The position numbers and the translations under genes were made by a program. A stretch of DNA of 62,477 bases, the filler included, from Actinobacteria bacterium UBA7524 (GTDB lineage Bacteria > Actinomycetota > Coriobacteriia > Anaerosomatales > UBA912): the NCBI GenBank assembly GCA_002478275.1. It is 7 parts of 7 records of this genome, joined end to end, with 100 filler letters (N's around TTAATTAATTAA, not from the genome) between each part and the next. Parts side by side here need not be neighbours in the genome. Positions count along the whole stretch, not along the records: positions 17,170 to 27,144 come from DLMY01000027.1; positions 27,245 to 43,762 come from DLMY01000002.1; 5 more parts are not named here. One strand, written 5' to 3'. Below, piece by piece: positions 20,401 to 29,501 of the stretch; the stretch's first letter is position 1; each line of letters opens with the position of its first letter. Below the pieces are notes generated by a model. The model ran no database searches. It had not been told where the DNA came from and was given only the letters and a program-made list of their open reading frames with translations.

Positions 20401-23325
20401 GATCGTCACGTCGTCGTAGTCAGAGTCGACGAGATTCAACGAGTGCGCGTGCGGAAGCATGCCTTCGTGACAGCCGACGCTGTCGCAGCCTGCCGCCACC
20501 ACTTGTACGTCGGCACTCGTATGGCACACATTACAGCTCGTCACCCCGCCACCGGAGTCCGCATCAGCGTGAAGCAGGGCGATATCGCTGCCGTTATGGC
20601 ATGACGCACCACTGCAGCCAAGCCCGTCGGCGGAGGTCCCGAGATCATGCTGCGCAGCATCGAAGGAGTTGTGAAGAGTGCCGTGGCAGTCCGAGCACCG
20701 GCGATCGGTCCATCCAGCAACGATCACGCTCTTGGCGTCGATCGGCGCGCTTGAAGTATGGCAGTCGAAGCAGCCCATGGGTCCGCTTGACAAGGTCAGC
20801 AGATGCTCTGCCTTAAGCGAGTTCGCGTGACAGCTCGTGCACGCCTTATCGGTGACCACGCTGCCCCCGGTCGGAACCGACAGGCCTGTGTAGTCTGCGG
20901 TGTGGCTTGCCAGATACGGGTCATAGTGGTTGGGGTCGTAGGGCTGGTAATCGTAGCTACCGAGCACGGTGGAATTGTGGCAGTCGGTGCACCGCGCTTC
21001 GTAGTTGTCCTTCAGGTAATGGGTGAGCTTGTTCGTTGGCAGCTTGTTGTGGCAGTTGTAGCACATGCCGTCGTGGTAGATCAGACCGTTGCCCGCAGGC
21101 ACGACGAACTTGGTGTGGCAGACGAGACAGTCAGCGTTGTCGGCGGCAAGCTGCGGTGTCGCCTCGGGCGCATGCGGCGTGATCCAGTCATGCGCCGCAT
21201 GGCAATCGAGACAGTCGCCCTCGGTCGGCACCGTTGCCGGGTCGTCATGGCACGACAGACACGACGAGCCGCGGGGATGGCTCACCGTCTCCTTCCAGGC
21301 GTTCGTATGGATCAGGTCGATACTGGCCACCGTGTGGCACAGAGCGCCCGAACAATTGACGGAAGATCCGCCGATACCGTTCGTCGCGGTCCAGTCGTGC
21401 TTGAACGCGTACTCGTCGGAGGGGTGAGGCGCCCCCGCCTTACCGCCGGCGGTCGGGTGGCAGGCCACGCATGTGTTGGTCGCGGGCGCACCGGCCATCC
21501 AGCCTGTCGGGAAGTAAGCGACTTCGTGGCACTCCACACAGCCGATATAGGTGTCGCCCGTACCGCGCGAGCTGGTCTTGGCGTGTTCTGCCACGGCATC
21601 GACGATCAGATGGCAGCTGCTGCAAGCATGTCCACCCGTGCGCTCGACACCGGCATCGGTGCCGCTCGCCACATGCGGGGGGGCAGGATGCGTCTCAATG
21701 CTCACGACACCCGAGCCCACATGGCAGCCCGCGTCCGTGCAGTCCTTGGTGAGCGGGAACGTGGCCGCGCTGTGACAGGTGGTGCATCCGGTCGTCCACT
21801 CGTTGGCGCGCAGAGAGCCGTCGTAGGCACGAGGAGGTGTGGCGCCCGCACCGGCGGCGCGCGCGTTGGCCGCCGAGTCGTCATGGATGAGTCCCAGATC
21901 GCTTCCGTGACAGCCTCGGCACTGCGCAGTGGCGGCGTCTGTGGCGGTGTGGTCCGAATCGATGAAGTTGTGCGGCGCCTCGCCGTTAGCACCCTGGTGG
22001 CAGTCCGACCACGTGCACGTACCGTCGTAGCCGGTCGAGGGCAGGGGCACGTACACCGGATGGCACGACGCGCACACTGACGCGCTGGTCTTGGAGCTCG
22101 ACCTGCCGTGCTCGTGAAGCATATTGAGACTGTGACAGGTCGTGCACTCGTAGTCGGGCGCCGGACCGGGATAGACGCCTACGGTCTGCGAGGCCTCATG
22201 ATCGAAGTCCCCGTGTGAATCGTGACAGTCGGTGCACGGCGGGGCGATCGATTCGGGCAGCTCGGAATAGACGCGGAAAGCGTCGACGACGACATAGGTG
22301 GCGCGTGCCGAGGAGTTCTTCTGGTTCAGCACCTCGACGACTATCGTGTGCTCGCCCGGACCGAGGTCATCGGCCGTGAACACTATCGCCTGGAGCTTGG
22401 TGGCGGGCGAGTACAGGTCGATGACCTCGACGGGCTGCCCGTCGATGCGTACTCTCGCCTTTCCGCGATATGGATCGAGGTCGGAGACAAGCTCGACCCG
22501 CGAGCCGGTGAACGTGACCCCCAGCGTCGAACCGGCGACGTTACTGAGACTGTATCGCGCACCGGACCTCGCCGAGTTGGAAACCGTCTTCCACGTCCCG
22601 GTCTTGATGACCTCGTTCGTCGCTGTCGGGTCCTGCGGGTTGCCTCCGGCACTGTGCGCGTAATCCTCACGCACGCGCGGAGCAAGATCGCCGATGCCCT
22701 CCAAGTCATGGCAGACCGACGTCGCACACTGGTTGCTCACGTTCGTGGCGGTTCGCATGGTCTGGTCCGACCCCACGACACCGTACGCCACCGTCCCCGA
22801 CCAAGGGCCATGCTGCGTCGCTCCATGCTCTTCGTGACGAATGGCCAACGGTTCCGTGTGACACGCGTCGCACGCGGCAGGCGCATGGCAGCTCGAACAC
22901 GCGCTCACACTGGTGTTGACGCTACCCGCCCAACGGGCTTTCGAGTGGATCACGTGCAAGACGGTTGGCGGATAGTCTTTGGACGAGGCCGAAGCGAACG
23001 AGGCTCCCGCCGCCGCGTCGTAATGCATCGGAAGGGCCGTGCGGAGCGTGTCCCCCCAGCCGGGATGACACATGGCGCCGCAGTTGGCGCCCGCCTGGTG
23101 GTACGGGTGAGAGCCCGCAAGACCCGGAAGATGGCACTTCGCACACGCCGTGTCCCGGTCGACTCCCCCCACCGAGAAGTCCTGGGTCGCACCGTGGCAG
23201 TGCAGACAGTCCGCATTGTTGGCGGCATAGCTGTACACGGGCGATATCAACAGGCAGACAGCCGCAACCGTACACACGAACGCCGCGACCCACGCCGCCA
23301 CCCGGTACTTACATCGAATATGCAC
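17407..23325 (-). CDS. Very large secreted multiheme c-type cytochrome (about 50 heme sites)
   Basis: Signal peptide; manual count of 38 CxxCH plus 1 Cx3CH, 10 Cx4CH, 2 Cx6CH, 1 Cx8CH; two heme-free beta-rich inserts. Confidence 0.92.
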   Translation of the reverse strand: MHIRCKYRVAAWVAAFVCTVAAVCLLISPVYSYAANNADCLHCHGATQDFSVGGVDRDTACAKCHLPGLAGSHPYHQAGANCGAMCHPGWGDTLRTALPMHYDAAAGASFASASSKDYPPTVLHVIHSKARWAGSVNTSVSACSSCHAPAACDACHTEPLAIRHEEHGATQHGPWSGTVAYGVVGSDQTMRTATNVSNQCATSVCHDLEGIGDLAPRVREDYAHSAGGNPQDPTATNEVIKTGTWKTVSNSARSGARYSLSNVAGSTLGVTFTGSRVELVSDLDPYRGKARVRIDGQPVEVIDLYSPATKLQAIVFTADDLGPGEHTIVVEVLNQKNSSARATYVVVDAFRVYSELPESIAPPCTDCHDSHGDFDHEASQTVGVYPGPAPDYECTTCHSLNMLHEHGRSSSKTSASVCASCHPVYVPLPSTGYDGTCTWSDCHQGANGEAPHNFIDSDHTATDAATAQCRGCHGSDLGLIHDDSAANARAAGAGATPPRAYDGSLRANEWTTGCTTCHSAATFPLTKDCTDAGCHVGSGVVSIETHPAPPHVASGTDAGVERTGGHACSSCHLIVDAVAEHAKTSSRGTGDTYIGCVECHEVAYFPTGWMAGAPATNTCVACHPTAGGKAGAPHPSDEYAFKHDWTATNGIGGSSVNCSGALCHTVASIDLIHTNAWKETVSHPRGSSCLSCHDDPATVPTEGDCLDCHAAHDWITPHAPEATPQLAADNADCLVCHTKFVVPAGNGLIYHDGMCYNCHNKLPTNKLTHYLKDNYEARCTDCHNSTVLGSYDYQPYDPNHYDPYLASHTADYTGLSVPTGGSVVTDKACTSCHANSLKAEHLLTLSSGPMGCFDCHTSSAPIDAKSVIVAGWTDRRCSDCHGTLHNSFDAAQHDLGTSADGLGCSGASCHNGSDIALLHADADSGGGVTSCNVCHTSADVQVVAAGCDSVGCHEGMLPHAHSLNLVDSDYDDVTITGCTNSGAGCHGTDASAEPTYLDYHPNSGCTEGPCHTAANHSNSQFNDPNTCQNCHGGGTLLYDNAPDAVELTEPVPTGHYLASAHDPGAFLGPVKGASDGQTVARCNDCHSRNDPGGMIGLWVQHQGLPDKGDITCAGCHNAFPDVVVSGWASCGTCHNGPAMPDPGDSLYGHAGGVAPAGVNGTGTGCVNTGCHATWDLHVLHKGNGIAPDPACSVCHDYNGQAQKPSVLACGASGCHDVDPHDMTVHDASGMDTGGCIECHENDSVIDQHGGDCTTCHNAGSNLGATNTADCIDCHNGVELGTYAYHPYDPNHYDEWASSHQENQQISGSNWGTTSFGVTVNKYYPDATGVSYEVPCANCHTTDLMTEHVKANDFRLNGYSNECVTCHELRVDNFVNPWAGGCGGEGGSCHSMASGAGGLHRTAGRGWAEKHDASAQVMSQPGSSITWANTVVVDENWGTGTTWPAAWTRSDTTNVSVVTGGRTGSRLRITSNSTTRTTRTVTRTFNTSAYNDGVSFSVWYQTAGLSTATGSNRDWVRIEYSPNNGTNWYVIHEVAGNVGSWTNVRRDLPAATQLVIRLSASFNAASGEFAYFDDVFMEGTTKTTTPLPAGSTALASCQNNPNGTECHIVTDVANIHAGLSNFGCDRCHAGTGAHPTQLNCQASGCHPGVNRDHHAANQHRTSFSSSAVFDANFNSTYCSGCHDDDIDREHQLAAYVSTPCSICHRKAGNSGAPTDVTKANNDATIQKAANTALCTDCHKTVSKSSIHVQRQGWNGAAHTGSPAIGGVQFSDDWSGHRVYTSMPGMKTSFTLAVDGVTATWSRPGTIANMFTSSSGYTATSIVSCGDCHGTVSGATGPHGAAMTLGVDPNYPAPYTSAYITTGNAIASNITGAGLPICAKCHQNTNLFNGTVNGNVHNRSDHKGTTNGLCNNCHVRTPHAWKRPRLIGYMSDPPPYQSQRVLGISTGNKTPTGWSSGGCGVNGCGSHGTVGAWP

Positions 23326-23707
23326 TTCGCACGCTCCCTACCCAGTCGAAGCGACCGAAGCGCCCCTCGAGCTTCAGCCCATCCTTGCCCAGTCGATCGG
23401 AACGAGCCTTGGTGACTTAGTCCCTCGGCCCTCACGGACCTCCTCCACGTCACGGCCGAAGCGAACTCCAACACGGCTTCACGCACATACCGCTCTTTCC
23501 CCGCACGCCGAGACGAACGGGGTACCCGTCAAACAGTTTCTTCCTGGCCATGGTATCGGCGTCCGTACGGTTGCGATAAGAAGAAAGCGTTCGGTGGCGA
23601 CAATGTGCCACCGAATGGCGAGGAATTCTGACTAATGGGTGAATTCGGGGGACGAATGGCAGTCGGAACCACGACTCCTGAGCGAACTTTATCGCATACC
23701 GGTGACG

Positions 23708-24541
23708 TCACCGGAAATAGACAGCATGCAACGACCCGTCGATCAAGGAGGTGAAGAACAGCGTTCCGGCGGCCAGGAAGAAGCAGCCGGCGAGCATCCA
23801 GGCAGCGCGCTCACCTCGCCACCCGAAGAATCGTCGCAGGTGCAGGTAGAGCCCGAACGCGACCCACGTCACGAGCGACCAGGTCTCCACCGGGTCCCAG
23901 CCCCAGAAGCGGCCCCACGCGTAGTAAGCCCAGATGGAGCCCGTGAGCATCCCTATCCCCCAGAAGACGAACGCCAGGCCTCCGACCCGATATGCCATCG
24001 CGTCCAACGCGGCGGAGTCCGGCAGCCTCTCAAGCCACTCGGAGCTCAGCCGCCTCTGTGCGATGAACAGTACCGATGTCGATACCGCCGCTAGCGCCGC
24101 AGCGAACGCGATGAAGTAGAAGTAGACATGCATCACCAGCCAGATGCCGCTGAACGTCGGCGGCAGCTGCGAGACCTCCGGTCCCGTGTAGACGCCAAGC
24201 GCGGTGATCAGCAGCGCCGAGGGAACGAGCACGATGCCCAGCGCTCTGGCCTTCTCGTAGGACCGCGACGCAACGAGCCACAGCGCCAGCGCGACCCATG
24301 CGTTGGCGGAAAGCACTTCGTAGCGCGAGATGTAGGGGCCGTGACCGACGGCGATCCATCGCGCACCGAGACCCGCGCCCTGCATCAGGAGTCCGGCCAT
24401 CAGGGCGACCGAAGCCGCCCTCGCACCCCAGGCGGGGCGCGCGTACACGGTGTCGAGCACGATGAACGTGCTGGCGACCGAGTACGCGACGAGCGCAAGG
24501 ATGTGCAGCACCGGGTCGACCATGAGGAGCGTCTCAGTCAT
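23708..24541 (-). CDS. ccsA: Cytochrome c biogenesis protein CcsA/ResC
   Basis: GSIWAYYAWGRFWGWDPVETW (WWD domain), conserved TM histidines. Confidence 0.95.
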   Translation of the reverse strand: MTETLLMVDPVLHILALVAYSVASTFIVLDTVYARPAWGARAASVALMAGLLMQGAGLGARWIAVGHGPYISRYEVLSANAWVALALWLVASRSYEKARALGIVLVPSALLITALGVYTGPEVSQLPPTFSGIWLVMHVYFYFIAFAAALAAVSTSVLFIAQRRLSSEWLERLPDSAALDAMAYRVGGLAFVFWGIGMLTGSIWAYYAWGRFWGWDPVETWSLVTWVAFGLYLHLRRFFGWRGERAAWMLAGCFFLAAGTLFFTSLIDGSLHAVYFR

Positions 24542-25850
24542 CCGGTTGGTCCTCTCTCGAAAGGAGTGACTCGGCGATGGTGTCGATCTCCTCGGCGTAC
24601 ATGTCGGGGAAGCGGATGGCGCGCAGGTGGACGGTGGTCGTGCCGTCCTCGGTCGACACGAACGCCTCGCGTGGGACGGTCAGGTAGATCAGAGCGCTGC
24701 CGATGAACACGAGGAAGAAGCCCGCGAACAGCACGGGCACGCCATGGTCGCGCATCACGATGATGTTGGCCCAGGATCGGACGAGCTTCAGTTCGACGAC
24801 CAGTGGGCCTACCTGGATGGGGATGTCGACAGGCAGGACCGCTTCTGCGCTGCGCTCGTCGCCCTCCGCGTAGCGGGCCCACAGCTCGGGTTCGCCGGTG
24901 AGCGAGGCACGCTCCACGTCCGCGTAGTACTTGAGCTGCAATCTCCGGTCGGGTCCGAGTTCGAGGTCGAAGTACACGGGTTCCTCGGTCGACCAGGCCC
25001 ACTCCATCTCCACGCGCTCGCGGCGCAGCTCCTCTCCGTCGGTCACTTCAAGGAAGAACGACCTGCCGAACCGCTGGTCCTGGTAGAAACGCACGCCGTT
25101 TCGCACCTTGCTGTGGTTGACGGCGATCTGCAGCGGGTACTCGGTGCCGTCGGGGGCGATGAACGTCAGGTCGCTCGTGATCTGACGCAGCTCGTCGTTG
25201 TCCCAATACGTCGGCGTCACCTTGTCGAGGCGCAGGGTCTCGGGAAGCACGATGTGGTCGGAGAACGGACCGGGCTCTGAGTTGGACCACTCCCCTCCCG
25301 GCTCGAGCGTCTCGCCCTCGACCAGGCCGATGATCGCCCAACTCTCGGTCGACAGTACGATGAGCGCAAAGGCGACAGAGACGACTAGCCCCAGGTGCAG
25401 GATGAAGCCGCCCCAAAGCCCCCACGGGTGTTTCATGAAGCGGGATGTCGTGCCGGCCGGCGGCATCGGGCGATAGCCGCGGGCGCGCAGGAGGGATGCG
25501 GTCTCCTCGGCGGGCATGTGTGTGTGCAAGGCGCCGCGGGAACCGGCGCCGACGACCGGTTGGAACGTGCGTTTCCAGGCGGTGCGGCCGGATTGCAGCA
25601 ACGCGGCAAGGAGCGCGATCAGGCACGCGCCGAGGGTGCCAAGGTAGAGCGGCGAGGACCACATCCGGTCGAGCCCGGCCGCCGAGGAAAGCGTGAGCAG
25701 TGAGGTGGGCAGGTCGAAGCGATTCGGCCCGAGGCCGTCGGTGCCTTGCTGTGGCAACACGTAGCCCAGCGACGTCAACGCGAGCAGGACGACGATCAGG
25801 GTGATCGCCGTCCTGCGCGAGGTCAGGAACCTGTTCAGGGCGTGCAGCAC
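24534..25850 (-). CDS. ccsB: Cytochrome c biogenesis protein CcsB/ResB
   Basis: G..LPQ, G..ILHLG, VNH...GVRFYQ; overlaps ccsA. Confidence 0.88.
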   Translation of the reverse strand: MLHALNRFLTSRRTAITLIVVLLALTSLGYVLPQQGTDGLGPNRFDLPTSLLTLSSAAGLDRMWSSPLYLGTLGACLIALLAALLQSGRTAWKRTFQPVVGAGSRGALHTHMPAEETASLLRARGYRPMPPAGTTSRFMKHPWGLWGGFILHLGLVVSVAFALIVLSTESWAIIGLVEGETLEPGGEWSNSEPGPFSDHIVLPETLRLDKVTPTYWDNDELRQITSDLTFIAPDGTEYPLQIAVNHSKVRNGVRFYQDQRFGRSFFLEVTDGEELRRERVEMEWAWSTEEPVYFDLELGPDRRLQLKYYADVERASLTGEPELWARYAEGDERSAEAVLPVDIPIQVGPLVVELKLVRSWANIIVMRDHGVPVLFAGFFLVFIGSALIYLTVPREAFVSTEDGTTTVHLRAIRFPDMYAEEIDTIAESLLSREDQPDD

Positions 25851-25923
25851 GGGCTTCCTCCGGCAGGGTCGGCCGCCGGAGTAATCCTACCAGTTCTCGT
25901 AGGCGGCGTTTGTGGTCCCGAGC

Positions 25924-27144
25924 CTACCAGTTCTCCCAAGTGCCCGTGCCGTTAGCTCCGGTCTTGTTGCCGCTCAACTGATGCTTGGCGCCGCCACCGG
26001 TGCATCCGGCCGACACACCCGACGCGCTGATGCTGCAGTCGGCAGTCGTGTAGGCCGTGGCACTGCGCTTGGTGAAGCTCGACACCATCACGTAGCTCTT
26101 ATCGTTGTTGTAGGCGAAGCGTGCGGGCATGCTGCTGTCGGCGTCCGCGATGAGTCGCGACATGCCGCCACCGTGCGGGATCAGCGTGTGACACCTCACA
26201 CACGAGGAGCTCCTATGCAGCGCGTTCTTCTGGTGCACGATGTTCGCCTTGATCGCCGGGTGGCAGTTCGCACAGAACGGCAACGGGTCGCCGGCACCAG
26301 CCGCTGCCACCATGTCCAGTGTCCACAGGGTGCCGCTCGGATTGGCCGGCCAGTACGGGTTCGGACCGCGCAGCGAGTACTCCTTGGTGGAGCCGTGCGG
26401 ACCCTGCGTGTAGTCGAGCGCGTCCGGTGCGTTGGGCAGCGGCGCGAACTCGTTGCCGTGGCAGTCTGAGCAATACATCGTATCGCCGGGAGCCCAGATC
26501 GCCGCGTCGAGCTGGCCCGGGTAGACCTTGCTCGTCCCGTACGTCGCCGTGTCGGGATACGCGTCGTTGGGAGCGAGCACCGGGTGCCTCGACTGGTTGC
26601 CGACATTGAAGTCCCGGGCCACGTTCGTCCAGCGCGGCTGGTTGGTCGCGCCCGTCTTGGTCCCACCCCACGTGGCGTAATTCGTGTTCGCCGAGGAGTG
26701 ACACTTGAGGCATATCTCGTATTCGTAGTCCGAGTAAGTCTTCCAGGCGAGCTGGTTGCTGACCTGCGCGTCGGTCGGGTAGTTGGTGGTCGAAAGCGCG
26801 GCGGTGTTGAAAGCCTGTCCGGACACGCCGCGGATGGCCTCGGAGACCGCGTTCGTCGAACCCCACTCGTGCCTCGCGTTACCGACTACATGGTGGTTGT
26901 GGCAATCGGCACACTCAACGTGCTTGGTGGCGCTGATCTGCGCCTGCGTCTCGTTGAGCAGGTGGATGTTGTGATAGAGGTGCGGCTTGTGGCCGTGCGT
27001 GTTGCCGGTGGCCGTCATCTGCGAGTAGATGGCGGTATTGGAGATAGACATCGGTTCCGTATCGTACCAGTCGTAATAGGTCCGGGCCTTCGTGACACCA
27101 GGTAGCCCATCATCGACATGACTGTGGCAGCGGAAGCACATCTG
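25924..27144 (-). CDS. Multiheme c-type cytochrome, 5' truncated
   Basis: CFRCH, CADCH, CLKCH, CSDCH, CANCH, CVRCH. Confidence 0.9.
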   Translation of the reverse strand, partial: QMCFRCHSHVDDGLPGVTKARTYYDWYDTEPMSISNTAIYSQMTATGNTHGHKPHLYHNIHLLNETQAQISATKHVECADCHNHHVVGNARHEWGSTNAVSEAIRGVSGQAFNTAALSTTNYPTDAQVSNQLAWKTYSDYEYEICLKCHSSANTNYATWGGTKTGATNQPRWTNVARDFNVGNQSRHPVLAPNDAYPDTATYGTSKVYPGQLDAAIWAPGDTMYCSDCHGNEFAPLPNAPDALDYTQGPHGSTKEYSLRGPNPYWPANPSGTLWTLDMVAAAGAGDPLPFCANCHPAIKANIVHQKNALHRSSSCVRCHTLIPHGGGMSRLIADADSSMPARFAYNNDKSYVMVSSFTKRSATAYTTADCSISASGVSAGCTGGGAKHQLSGNKTGANGTGTWENW

Positions 27145-27379
27145 NNNNNNNNNNNNNNNNNNNNNNNNNNNNNNNNNNNNNNNNNNNNTTAATTAATTAA
27201 NNNNNNNNNNNNNNNNNNNNNNNNNNNNNNNNNNNNNNNNNNNNCGCCAACGCGCTGAAGTAGGGACGGGGGATCCCGCGACTAGGCTCCTCCGGTCTCG
27301 GGTAGCATCCAGACAGTCGCCTGTGCCTGGCAGCATGGGCACGGGATGCCCGGATCGTCTCCCGAGGAGTTGAGGACGC

Positions 27380-27625
27380 ATGGGGATCTTGAGCTGGATC
27401 ATCGTCGGAGGGCTTGCGGGATTACTCGCGCAGTTCCTCATGGGGCAGGACCGAGGGGGCTGCCTGATCTCGGTGCTGCTCGGGGTTGTCGGGGCGTTCG
27501 TCGGTGGCTTCGTCATGAGCCTGTTCGGTTATGGCGGGGTCAGCGGCCTGAATGTCTGGTCGATCATCGTCGCGACGATCGGTGCGGTCATCGTGCTTGC
27601 GGTCTCGAGGGCGCTGAGACGATAA
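27380..27625 (+). CDS. GlsB/YeaQ/YmgE (transglycosylase-associated) membrane protein
   Basis: MGILSWIIVGGLAG.LA..LM...GG.L..V.LGVVGAFVGG. Confidence 0.92.
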   Translation: MGILSWIIVGGLAGLLAQFLMGQDRGGCLISVLLGVVGAFVGGFVMSLFGYGGVSGLNVWSIIVATIGAVIVLAVSRALRR

Positions 27626-27679
27626 GTCGCGTGGTGCAGAGGTCTCTGGTGATGTTCGAACGGAAGGTGCGACGCAGGC

Positions 27680-27709
27680 TTGACAGTCAAACCAACGTTT
27701 GACTACGAT
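27680..27709 (+). promoter_or_regulatory. arsR-hgcAB promoter with ArsR-type operator
   Basis: TTGACA-N18-TACGAT; palindrome AGTCAAAC-N4-GTTTGACT (27685-27704); ATG 6 nt after the -10 box (leaderless). Confidence 0.7.
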
Positions 27710-27715
27710 GCGCTC

Positions 27716-28216
27716 ATGAACGTCGCATCCTTCAACGCACTTGCCGATGAGAACCGCCTNNNNNNNNNNNNNNNNNNNNNNNNNNNNNNNNNNNNNNNNN
27801 NNNNNNNNNNNNNNNNNNNNNNNNNNNNNNNNNNNNNNNNNNNNNNNNNNNNNNNNNNNNNNNNNNNNNNNNNNNNNNNNNNNNNNNNNNNNGCACTTGC
27901 CGATGAGAACCGCCTCGCCATCGTACGCCTGCTCGCAGACGGCCGGGAGCACTGCGTGTGTGAGATCTCGGAGGTCCTCGGTCTCTCCAAGGCGCTCGCG
28001 TCTCACCATCTGAAGCGCCTGCGTGCGGCTGAACTTGTCGCCACCGAGCGCCGCGGACAGTGGCTCTACTGCCGCCTCGACTGTGAGGCTCTGCGCGAAG
28101 TCGCGGATGGGTTGCGCGAGATCGCCGAGGCGCCGGCAACGGACCGAGCAGCGTGCTGTGGGCGTCCGCCCGCTCGGAACGCCCGCGCGATTACCGGCGC
28201 CGGCGAGGGGGTGTGA
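27716..28216 (+). CDS. arsR: ArsR/SmtB family metalloregulator (gap with duplicated flanks)
   Basis: FNALADENRLAI..LL...EHCVCEI...SHHLKRL...ERRGQW; C-terminal CC. Confidence 0.88.
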   Translation: MNVASFNALADENRXXXXXXXXXXXXXXXXXXXXXXXXXXXXXXXXXXXXXXXXXXXXXALADENRLAIVRLLADGREHCVCEISEVLGLSKALASHHLKRLRAAELVATERRGQWLYCRLDCEALREVADGLREIAEAPATDRAACCGRPPARNARAITGAGEGV

Positions 28217-28397
28217 TCGATGGCTGAGTGCTGTCNNNNNNNNNNNNNNNNNNNNNNNNNNNNNNNNNNNNNNNNNNNNNNNNNNNNNNNNNNNNNNNNN
28301 NNNNNNNNNNNNNNNNNNNNNNNNNNNNNNNNNNNNNNNNNNNNNNNNNNNNNNNNNNNNNNNNNNNNNNNNNNNNNNNNNNNNNNNNNNNNNATCG

Positions 28398-29501
28398 ATG
28401 GCTGAGTGCTGTCCGCCGAGCGTCCCGTGTTGCGGCGGCGGTGCGCCGTCCATCGACTACGAGTACGGCCCACAGCCTTTCGAGTGCGGCGAGGTCTCCA
28501 TGCTTACTGGCCAGGTGCCGGTGGTCGCCACCGAACTGTCGCACGCTGACCGGCTCGGTGCGTGGCGGGTGCGGATGAACGTCGGCCGGAGCCGCTATCG
28601 CGTGCGCCCGGGACTCTACGCCATCGGGGAACCTGACGACGAGGCACCCGTGCTCGTCTCCGCCAACTACAAGCTTTCCTTCGATGCGGTCCGCACTGCG
28701 ATGACCGGGCGCGATGCGTGGCTGCTCGTCATCGATTCGCGTGGCATCAACGTATGGTGCGCGGCAGGCAAGGGCACCTTCAGCACGGCCGAGGTGGTGA
28801 AGCGAGTGCGCGAGGCGAACCTCGGGCAGGTCGTCAGTCATCAGAGACTCGTGGTGCCCCAGCTGGCGGCGACCGGTGTCGCCGCGCACGAGGTGAGAGC
28901 GCAGACGGGCTTCTCGGTGGTGTGGGGGCCGGTGCGCGCTGCGGACCTGCCCGCATTCCTTGATGCTGGTATGAAGGCCACCGTGGAGATGCGTCGCGTG
29001 GAGTTCGCCTTGGCGGACCGGGTGCGCCTCGTCGGCGTCGAGTTGTCGGTGCTGTGGCGGCCGAAGGTACTCTTCGGCGCGTTCGGTGCTCTTGCTGCTG
29101 CATGGGTGTCAAGCGCCTGGTGGCCGGGAGCACTCGGGTCCGCGGCTGCCGTGGCGGGCTTCGCGGCAGTGGGTGTGGTGGCGGGTGCGGGTGTGATGCC
29201 GGTGCTGCTTCCGTGGCTTCCGGGCCGCATGTTCGCGGTCAAGGGCGCAGTTGCAGGTGCCGCGCTCGCCTTCGGTCTTGCTGCCGCTCTGGTGCGTGGC
29301 GACGGGCCATCGTGGCTATGGGGCGCGGCTCTGGCGTCGACGGCACTCGCCAGCTTCGTGGCGATGAACTTCACCGGTACATCCACGTACACCTCCCCGA
29401 GCGGTGTCGAGTGGGAGATGCGCCGTGCGATTCCCGCGCAGCTCATCGGTGCTGTTGCTGCGATCGCACTTGTCGTGGCGACGGTGGTGACAGGGATATG
29501 A
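28398..29501 (+). CDS. hgcA: Mercury methylation corrinoid protein HgcA
   Basis: Cap-helix GINVWCAAGKG, PGLY, ANYKLSFD, C-terminal TM domain with NFTG.STYTSPSGV..EMR; start also seen at 28220 before the gap. Confidence 0.96.
   Translation: MAECCPPSVPCCGGGAPSIDYEYGPQPFECGEVSMLTGQVPVVATELSHADRLGAWRVRMNVGRSRYRVRPGLYAIGEPDDEAPVLVSANYKLSFDAVRTAMTGRDAWLLVIDSRGINVWCAAGKGTFSTAEVVKRVREANLGQVVSHQRLVVPQLAATGVAAHEVRAQTGFSVVWGPVRAADLPAFLDAGMKATVEMRRVEFALADRVRLVGVELSVLWRPKVLFGAFGALAAAWVSSAWWPGALGSAAAVAGFAAVGVVAGAGVMPVLLPWLPGRMFAVKGAVAGAALAFGLAAALVRGDGPSWLWGAALASTALASFVAMNFTGTSTYTSPSGVEWEMRRAIPAQLIGAVAAIALVVATVVTGI

Noticed and set aside
23330..23700. Possible c-di-GMP/cGAMP riboswitch before the giant cytochrome
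   Set aside because: No GEMM consensus elements recognisable on the minus strand.
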